NCBI GenBank assembly: GCA_041649475.1
Contig: JBAZNA010000001.1
Coordinates: 686,594-750,593, forward strand
Origin: Patescibacteria group bacterium
GTDB taxonomy: Bacteria; Patescibacteriota; Patescibacteriia; Magasanikbacterales; GWA2-37-8
Reading direction: 5' to 3'
Length of the DNA: 64,000 bases
The notes beneath the pieces were generated by a model. It was not told the origin of the DNA, ran no database searches, and worked only from the letters and a program-made list of their open reading frames with translations. How positions within the stretch are numbered: position 1 is the stretch's first letter; each line of letters begins with the position of its first letter. Both the position numbers and the translations under genes were made by a program. Positions 57,019 through 64,000 of this stretch are shown piece after piece.

Positions 57019-58434
57019 TTACCCTCCCTTTTGAGTAAATTTAATTATAAATGTTGTATGCCACCGGCCGCTTCCAATATTACTTTCTACATTAATTGTG
57101 CCACCCAAATCTTCTTCCACCATTCTTTTTGTTAGGGATAATCCGATACCGGTGCCGATACTGGGATCTTTAGTGGTAAAAAATGGTTCAAAAATTTTAT
57201 TTAATAATTCCTGTGGGATTCCACAACCCCAATCCTCCACCGCCAAGGTTACCATTCCGGACTCAATTAACAAAGAAACATGGACCTTTGGTACAAAAAT
57301 ATTATCCGAGCCAATGTTTGTATAAGCATCAACGGCGTTTGCAATCAAATTAGTAACTATCTGATTAAATTTTACCGCGCTGCCAAATGTTTGTATCTCC
57401 GCCGGGGCTGTAAATTCAATGCCCACATTAAGTTTTCTACCTCGATAAGACAAAATTTGAATCACCTGCTTTATTTCTTCATTTAAAGAAAAAAGCATAT
57501 CACTACCCTGACCGCTTATCTGCCGGCGTATCGCCTCAATAAAATTTTTCATGCGGCCATTGGCTGATATTGCCCGTTCTAAATAGGATTTGGTCTGATC
57601 TAATTCTCTCAACTTATTATTTTGGGCCATTTCCATATTTAAAGAAACCGCCGCCAATAAATTAGTAAGATCATGGAATAGACCGGAAGACAAACGCCCA
57701 AATTCCGCAAATCTATAAAGTTGCCCCACCTTTTCCATTTGTGTTCTTTTGAGTTCTCGCGTACGCTCTTCAACCTTAACTTCAAGAGAGTCCCGTTCAT
57801 ATTTAAGTTCCGCTTCTGAAGATTTTGCCCGTTTAAGCGCTTTATAAATCTCCCGATTGGAAAGCCAAGATACTGTAGCGATAATTGTAAAAATCACCAA
57901 AACCATTATGGTGTCGGAAAAATTCCACCTTTGCTCTCGCCAATATTGATTGGCTGAAAAAATATTGACTCTTTGCAAATAATCAATAGCCAACATCGTT
58001 ATACCGATAATGGCCGTGGTTAAAAAGGCAAAACGAGTACTGATAAGAATACCGGATATTACTATCACCAGCACATTAATTAGAAGACCGGCGTTTACGT
58101 CCACACCGTGCTTATACTCCAAATAACTGGCCAATAAGAAAAAAGTAACCAAAAAAAGATAAGCAGAAATTTTGGGAAACCCCTTGCGGGAAAGAAAAAA
58201 GAGCAGACAGAAAAAAGCTAAAATCCCAATAACGACAAATAGAGACAAGGCATTGTTGGTGTATAATTCCGGATCAGCAAAAAATAAACCAAATATATTT
58301 ATTACAGACGCAATGGAAACTAAAACAATCGCCGCAAATAAAAGGATATTAAGAATAAACTCTTTACGCGCCTGATCTTCATTTTTAGATTTCGGTGCTA
58401 CAACCTCACGGATAATACCGCTTAAATTTCTCAT
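57019..58434 (-). CDS. Sensor histidine kinase (multi-TM sensor + HisKA + HATPase_c)
   Basis: 6-7 TM N-terminal region, H-box FHDLTNLL, and G-boxes GCGIPQE...GTGIGLS. Confidence 0.8.
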   Translation of the reverse strand: MRNLSGIIREVVAPKSKNEDQARKEFILNILLFAAIVLVSIASVINIFGLFFADPELYTNNALSLFVVIGILAFFCLLFFLSRKGFPKISAYLFLVTFFLLASYLEYKHGVDVNAGLLINVLVIVISGILISTRFAFLTTAIIGITMLAIDYLQRVNIFSANQYWREQRWNFSDTIMVLVIFTIIATVSWLSNREIYKALKRAKSSEAELKYERDSLEVKVEERTRELKRTQMEKVGQLYRFAEFGRLSSGLFHDLTNLLAAVSLNMEMAQNNKLRELDQTKSYLERAISANGRMKNFIEAIRRQISGQGSDMLFSLNEEIKQVIQILSYRGRKLNVGIEFTAPAEIQTFGSAVKFNQIVTNLIANAVDAYTNIGSDNIFVPKVHVSLLIESGMVTLAVEDWGCGIPQELLNKIFEPFFTTKDPSIGTGIGLSLTKRMVEEDLGGTINVESNIGSGRWHTTFIIKFTQKGG

Positions 58435-58703
58435 ATGTTTATCTTCTTAATTCTTAAACTAAACATTCCTCTCTCCGTAATGCAAGATAAGGAATGGAAA
58501 ATTGGAATGTTTAGCCCTCTCTCATTTTAAACTGGCCCCCACGGAGAGCCGATCTCCGCGGCCACCACAATCAATCCGGAAAGAACAGACAGAACTCTGG
58601 CTTCTTTATTTGTCAAAATTTCTTTGATAACTTTATTCATATATTTATTTTAAGATTTCTTATTTGTCGGTCCTCCGACCTTTACAAAAAGACCCTCCTT
58701 ACT

Positions 58704-59369
58704 CTATTCAATTTTATAACCGCGGCCGGGTATGGTTTGAATAAATTCGCGAATGCCTCGGTGTTTTATTTTTTTACGCAAATTAAGAATATGTGATTCA
58801 ATCGTATTGGAAAAAGGATCAGCGTCCATATCCCAGACATGTTCAAGAATCATACCTCTGGAGACCACAACACCTTTGTTCTTCATTAAATATTCCAAAA
58901 GCATAAACTCCTTACGGGTAAGATATACTTCCTTTTTTCCAACTAACACTTTACTAGCGGCAAAATCCAGAGTCAAATCGCGAATTCTGACTATTTGATC
59001 TTCAATCACTTTGGGCCGACGAAGTAACGCTTTAATTCTGGCTAATAGCTCTTTGAAAGAAAATGGTTTGGTCAGATAATCATCAGCTCCCAAATTTAAA
59101 AGTTCAACTTTCTTGTTCGTTTCACTAACTACCGAGAGCATAATAATGGGTACCTGTTTTTTGGCTATCCTGATATGTTTACAAACTTCCGCGCCACTGC
59201 GTTTTGGCAGCATGTTATCCAAAATTATCAAATCATAATCGTTTGTACAACCAAGCATCATGCCTTTCTGTCCATCTGCGGCAACATCAACCGCGAAACA
59301 CTCCGATTCCAGCGAATCCTTTAAAGAGTCGGCCAAATCTTTTTCATCTTCAATGATAAGAATTTTCAT
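58704..59369 (-). CDS. OmpR/PhoB-family response regulator
   Basis: Receiver domain (MKILIIEDEKDLADSL...DLIILDNMLP) plus a winged-helix C-terminus. Confidence 0.85.
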   Translation of the reverse strand: MKILIIEDEKDLADSLKDSLESECFAVDVAADGQKGMMLGCTNDYDLIILDNMLPKRSGAEVCKHIRIAKKQVPIIMLSVVSETNKKVELLNLGADDYLTKPFSFKELLARIKALLRRPKVIEDQIVRIRDLTLDFAASKVLVGKKEVYLTRKEFMLLEYLMKNKGVVVSRGMILEHVWDMDADPFSNTIESHILNLRKKIKHRGIREFIQTIPGRGYKIE

Positions 59370-59472
59370 ATGTATGTATAATTTTAATAACTGGTCCTAT
59401 TATAATTCAACCTACCTTATCAAAAGATAAAGAAAAGATAAAATCCTGATAAAATCCAAAATTTAAGAAGAT

Positions 59473-60663
59473 TTACACGGTTTTCACCGCTTTTTCCAAC
59501 CTCCTCCGGAACCTATTTTCGTTTATTTTGTCCGCAAAAATCACAGTGAGGCCGGCCACAATACTTTCGGTTGAACCGATGACAGCCAGAATCCAGCCAT
59601 TGTGCATCAAACCCAGCAAGGATCCGATCATACCCATAATCGGGGCCATTGCCACGCCGATCAAGAGCCCCAGCCGGGCCGGGTTGGTAAAATCTTGGAT
59701 AAGCGCCATTTTGGTAATGTCCCAATTTTTGGCCATGACAACTTTTTGATTGTGGATTAATTTTTTTAAATTTTTTCTATACATGAAAATTGACTGAATG
59801 GCTGTGGTCAAGGACAACGCCACGGCAGACAAACCAAACACCACCCCGCCCCACACTACATGGCCGCTGACAATCAATTCTTCCACAGAAAACGCACCAT
59901 AAGCGGCCAAAACAAACACCGGAACCAAAATCCAAGACCGCTTGGCCAACTGTATCCATTTAAAACCCGAACCGCGCAAAGCCGTGAGTTCCGCGGCCTC
60001 GCCCAATAAATCATCGGCTGAAGCGGCAAACAGCTTGCCAATCCCCTTCACCCACAGTTCTAAAACATGCGCGATTGGACCGATAATTAATAATATTTTT
60101 ATAATTTCTTGAGCAACCCGGGTTCTTTCTCTGGCATTATCGGCGATAACTCTAAACACGCTGTAATCCACTGCCAGCGGATAAATCAATTCCGAAAGTT
60201 CGGACATCAGTTGTTGTTCGGTTGCCGAGATGCCGATATTTTCTTCGTCAATTAAAACCAAGCGCTTAAAACGCAAACGGTCTTTTAAAATTGTTTCCAC
60301 GGCCTTGTCCAAATCCTCGTTGTGCTTGTTGGCTTCGGCTTGATCTTCAGCCGTGATTATCGGTTGATGTTTATCTTTTAAAAGTTTCGGCAGCCAGGTG
60401 ACAATATAGTTGCCTTGGCTGTGAACACTGATGGTGTGGATCGCTTTTAAAATATTTTCCGGCGTGCGCAGAACCGTTCGCACCCCGATGGCTTTGCCTT
60501 GAGATAAAATCGCCCTTATCTTTTCTTTATACTCCGGATATTTTGAAAAAATATATTGAATCTCAATCGGCAGTTGTTTTACAAAATCACACTCTTCGGG
60601 TAGGGATATAACATCCATTTTATATGTACCAATGGGCGAAAACTGGTGTTTTGTTTTGGACAT
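59473..60663 (-). CDS. Hypothetical membrane protein (396 aa)
   Basis: Soluble N-terminal about 190 aa then 5-6 TM; no domain recognised. Confidence 0.4.
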   Translation of the reverse strand: MSKTKHQFSPIGTYKMDVISLPEECDFVKQLPIEIQYIFSKYPEYKEKIRAILSQGKAIGVRTVLRTPENILKAIHTISVHSQGNYIVTWLPKLLKDKHQPIITAEDQAEANKHNEDLDKAVETILKDRLRFKRLVLIDEENIGISATEQQLMSELSELIYPLAVDYSVFRVIADNARERTRVAQEIIKILLIIGPIAHVLELWVKGIGKLFAASADDLLGEAAELTALRGSGFKWIQLAKRSWILVPVFVLAAYGAFSVEELIVSGHVVWGGVVFGLSAVALSLTTAIQSIFMYRKNLKKLIHNQKVVMAKNWDITKMALIQDFTNPARLGLLIGVAMAPIMGMIGSLLGLMHNGWILAVIGSTESIVAGLTVIFADKINENRFRRRLEKAVKTV

Positions 60664-60760
60664 AAATTATTAATTCTGTTTATCAGAGATTGATGAAACG
60701 TTTTTCGCCAAGCTATCGCTAGTGCTCAAAACATTTCATCAATCTCTTCTAAAACAAACC

Positions 60761-61843
60761 TTAAATATGCAATAACGTATTATCCCCCAAAATCATCTTA
60801 TGAAGACCCCCTGCTCTATCTATAATTGTTACTCCTGAACCGAAGATACTATTATCTATTTTTACCGGGGAATCAATAGTGCATCTGTTTAGTAAAATAG
60901 AATTTCCGATTTCAACTTTTTTTATAATACTGCCGGCGCCAATGGTGGTGTTCGGATTTATAATACAATCTTCAAGCGTGCAATTCTCACCGATGATGGC
61001 CGGCCCGATAATTTTAACATTTTTATTTGCGGTTGTCCCCACGCCGATTCGCACCTTGCCGGTGATACTGGCGCCGCTTTCAACCGTGCCTTCTATTTTA
61101 AACATTTCCGTTGGCGTTTCATCCAGAAGTAATTTATTGGCCACAATCAAATCATCCGGCTTGCCGGTGTCTTTCCACCAGCCGGTGATTTCTTTGTGCC
61201 CCACTTTATAATCATTTTTTAACAAATATGAATGGATATCGGAAATTTCATATTCACCGCGCGGACTTTTCTGAATATGATCATAGGCCTTAAAAAATAA
61301 TTTCGGCCCGTAGAGATAAATTCCGGTAACCGCGAAACTATTAGCCGGATTTTGCGGTTTTTCTATCACGTCAACCAATTTGCCGCTCCCATCAAAAACC
61401 GGCACCCCAAACCTTTCTGGATCCGGCACCTTTGACAAGGCCAGCATGCTGTCGTGATTATTTGTGGCGAATTCCTCAATAAAATCTTTCAAACTGCCTA
61501 AAATAATATTATCGGAAAGATAAAACATAAACGGATCGTCGCCGATAAACTTTTCCGCCTGTTTCACCACGTTGGCTATGCCCTGCGGCCCGCCCTCTTG
61601 TTCAAAAAATTTAATCTTTATCCCCCAATGACCGCCGTCGCCAATCGCTTTGGCCAAATCAGTATCGCCCGGGTTGGTGTTGATAAAAATCTCTTCAATG
61701 CCGGCCTCAACCACTTTTTCTATGGCATGAAAAATCATCGGCTTGTTGGCCAAGGGAATCAGGTGTTTATTTATGGTGGAGGTTACCGGTCGCAGTCGCG
61801 TGGCTCGTCCCCCGCCGGTTAAAATTGCTTTTTTGATTTTCAT
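60761..61843 (-). CDS. Sugar-1-phosphate nucleotidyltransferase with C-terminal left-handed beta-helix (RmlA/GlmU-like)
   Basis: N-terminal LTGGGRATRLRPVTSTINKHLIPL NTP-transferase motif; C-terminal hexapeptide repeats. Confidence 0.75.
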   Translation of the reverse strand: MKIKKAILTGGGRATRLRPVTSTINKHLIPLANKPMIFHAIEKVVEAGIEEIFINTNPGDTDLAKAIGDGGHWGIKIKFFEQEGGPQGIANVVKQAEKFIGDDPFMFYLSDNIILGSLKDFIEEFATNNHDSMLALSKVPDPERFGVPVFDGSGKLVDVIEKPQNPANSFAVTGIYLYGPKLFFKAYDHIQKSPRGEYEISDIHSYLLKNDYKVGHKEITGWWKDTGKPDDLIVANKLLLDETPTEMFKIEGTVESGASITGKVRIGVGTTANKNVKIIGPAIIGENCTLEDCIINPNTTIGAGSIIKKVEIGNSILLNRCTIDSPVKIDNSIFGSGVTIIDRAGGLHKMILGDNTLLHI

Positions 61844-61863
61844 ACAATAAATAACGCCTTAGC

Positions 61864-62964
61864 TTACCAGAAAATTATAATTTTGACAAGGGCAAAGTAG
61901 GCGGTCATCAGCGGGTTGGCAATATATTTCAAGAGTGGACTATCAATGCTCTTTTCCTCAAAAATCACCTTGCTCACCGCGCTTTTAAGCAATACCTTAT
62001 CTGATACCATGCGAATACCCTGGATATAGTTTCTTTTTAACAGCCAAATTTTCCAATTGTGCGGCTGGAGCCAGTATTTATACACTTCCAGCCGGGTTTT
62101 AAACCAACCGTTCATTATTGAGAAAAATATCAAACCAAGCTCCATTATCAAAGCCATCGGCAAAAGTAGTATCAGAGTCGGCCATTTAAAATACATCAGC
62201 ATCAGCGCGTAGCGATTTCGTTCCATATAATAAAACTTGTCCTTACTGCGGCTGAACTGATATTTGTGATAAAAAACCGCGTCGGAAACCATAACTGTTT
62301 TGTAGCCAACGGCCTTCATGCGCAATGAGTATTCAAGGTCTTCGTGATAGAGAAAAAATTCTGATGTCCACGGACCGTATTTTTTCAGTAGCGGCATTCT
62401 CATCAAAAGCGACGCTCCGCTGGCATAGCCGACTTTGGTAATCGGTCCTAACTTCAAATCGGATTTCTTTTTTCTAAAATTCGCGCAGTAGCCAAATCCC
62501 AAATAATGAAAAGCATTGCCGGCACTATTTATCAGCTCCGTTTCCGGATAAAGCATTATTAAAGATTGAGTCGCGCCGATTTCTTGGTCTGTTTCCATGG
62601 CCTCAACCAATTTTTCCAAACAATCCGCGGCCATAAAGCCGTCATTGTTGTGAAAATACACATAATCAAAATTGTTATCCATGGCCCAGCGTATGCCAAC
62701 GTTATTGCCGCCAGCAAAACCCAAATTTTCTTTTTGCGGCAGAAGTGTGACATGGGGTATGGAGGTTCCGGATAATGGCAAAACCTTTTCCTGAATAACC
62801 CTTAGCGATGACCCCTGCTCCGGATGCGGATTGTCAACAATAATAAATTCAACCTTGTCTTTCGGATAAGTCATTTTCTGTAAAGATGAAATCACATCAT
62901 CTAAATATCTCTCACTGTCAAAAGAAAGATAAATTATTGCGACTTTTGGAAAATTTTCCACCAT
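61864..62964 (-). CDS. Glycosyltransferase family 2 with C-terminal TM segment
   Basis: VAIIYLSFDSERYL...IIVDN, DxD region, C-terminal hydrophobic helices. Confidence 0.65.
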   Translation of the reverse strand: MVENFPKVAIIYLSFDSERYLDDVISSLQKMTYPKDKVEFIIVDNPHPEQGSSLRVIQEKVLPLSGTSIPHVTLLPQKENLGFAGGNNVGIRWAMDNNFDYVYFHNNDGFMAADCLEKLVEAMETDQEIGATQSLIMLYPETELINSAGNAFHYLGFGYCANFRKKKSDLKLGPITKVGYASGASLLMRMPLLKKYGPWTSEFFLYHEDLEYSLRMKAVGYKTVMVSDAVFYHKYQFSRSKDKFYYMERNRYALMLMYFKWPTLILLLPMALIMELGLIFFSIMNGWFKTRLEVYKYWLQPHNWKIWLLKRNYIQGIRMVSDKVLLKSAVSKVIFEEKSIDSPLLKYIANPLMTAYFALVKIIIFW

Positions 62965-62967
62965 AAA

Positions 62968-63807
62968 TTAAACGCTAAAATATTTATGACTGCCCCGCCA
63001 CTTCCACATATATTTCAGCCAGCTGACCGCATGCGTTCTGGCTAATTTATTTTTGAAAAATCCGTTTATCAAACCGGGCACCTTTGCCGACTCTCTGGCA
63101 TGGGCATGCAGGATAATTATATCGTGAATATAATAAACAGGCCAACCCATTTCCCACATTGTCCGGCACCAATCGCAATCTTCCATATACATAAAATACC
63201 GGCCGTCAAACCAGCCAACCTGGTCAACAACATCTTTTCTAACCAACATGGCCGAACCCTGCACCCAATCAACCGGCCGGGTTTCATTATGATCAAAGTC
63301 CTTCATCAACAACCTGTCGGCATATTTTTTTATCCATTTATATTTTCTGTCCCAATCAATATGTTTAAGTGGTTTTATCATTATGGCCGGCAAATCAAAG
63401 CGATAGCAGGAAAATTGTAATGTCCAATCCGGATTAAGCAGTTTTGGCCCGATACAGCCGATTTTGGGATGTTCATCCATAAATTTAATCATGCGCTCAA
63501 TTGTTTTTGTGCTTTCCGGCACCCTGGCATCCGGATTTAAAACAAAATAATATCTGGCCGGGACTTCGGCAAATGCTTTGGTATTACCCCTGCCGAATCC
63601 GACATTGCCGCCGCAATCAAGATATTTAACTTGCGGAAATTTTTCCGCCAGAGCTTCTTTGAGGCCGTCTTTATTTTCCGAATTATCGGCAACGGTTATT
63701 TGAATGTCAAAAGCAGTGCCGCTTATATCCTTAAAAATTGTATCTAAAGCGGTTAGAACATCATCTTTGGACAAGTAATTGAGCAGAACTAAATGTAAAT
63801 CCTTCAT
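62968..63807 (-). CDS. Glycosyltransferase family 2 (rhamnosyl/GalNAc-transferase-like)
   Basis: ITVADNSENKDG ... GGNVGFGRGNT motif typical of GT2. Confidence 0.65.
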   Translation of the reverse strand: MKDLHLVLLNYLSKDDVLTALDTIFKDISGTAFDIQITVADNSENKDGLKEALAEKFPQVKYLDCGGNVGFGRGNTKAFAEVPARYYFVLNPDARVPESTKTIERMIKFMDEHPKIGCIGPKLLNPDWTLQFSCYRFDLPAIMIKPLKHIDWDRKYKWIKKYADRLLMKDFDHNETRPVDWVQGSAMLVRKDVVDQVGWFDGRYFMYMEDCDWCRTMWEMGWPVYYIHDIIILHAHARESAKVPGLINGFFKNKLARTHAVSWLKYMWKWRGSHKYFSV

Positions 63808-64000
63808 ACCTTTCTATTTTTTCTAATCCAGGCGCGCTTTCTGGCCAACTCATGCCTATCGCGCCATATTTGACCAAGCCCGGACAAAACCTTGCGGTCA
63901 TATATTAAAAACCAGACAAACTTCTTGAATTCATACCATAAAATGGCCAAAAAATCAAGAGTATGGTTCTGCTTGGAGATACTTTTATACAAGGTCATTA

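Overview
The window looks like AT-rich, gene-dense chromosome from a small-genome bacterium, possibly Patescibacteria/CPR-like. This is inferred from the housekeeping genes present and from four of five tRNAs lacking an encoded CCA while a cca gene is present.

Backbone genes:
- znuABC-like metal uptake
- ftsEX, ftsB-like, murG, a Mur ligase
- rpoD, dnaG, valS, cca, pilT, htrA, DedA, TspO
- two ECF-type sigma factors
- an HK/RR two-component pair
- two HlyD-MacB-type tripartite ABC exporters
- a sugar-nucleotidyltransferase/GT2 polysaccharide cluster
- five tRNAs: Gln, Thr, Gly, Lys, Pro

Accessory content that stands out:
1. Four short, strikingly GC-rich cassettes sit in the AT-rich background (about 10.74-11.23 kb, 30.62-31.29 kb, 38.25-39.31 kb, 53.75-54.80 kb). 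Each has its own promoter, strong RBS or terminators. Three abut tRNA genes. They carry a phage Mu Gam-like gene, an isolated PurH N-terminal (IMP cyclohydrolase) domain, several unknown small proteins, and a promoter/terminator-bounded ~270 nt non-coding GC-rich transcript candidate.
2. An extra-AT-rich defence-like island (about 23.5-29.0 kb) carries a Cas4-like PD-(D/E)XK nuclease, several unknown membrane/cytoplasmic proteins, an MvaI/BcnI-like Type II R-M pair and an HNH nuclease.
3. A 4-gene operon (FkbM methyltransferase, GT-B glycosyltransferase, small protein, 728-aa protein) ends in a giant protein with a divergent GGDEF-like palm motif.
4. An ECF-sigma/anti-sigma module is wired to a HlyD-MacB exporter bracketed by two paralogous small secreted proteins.
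5. Recurrent 10-14 nt upstream motifs occur: ATAAGTATGA and CCCTCTTGACAGGT.

All calls are from reading the sequence and translations by eye. No searches were run.
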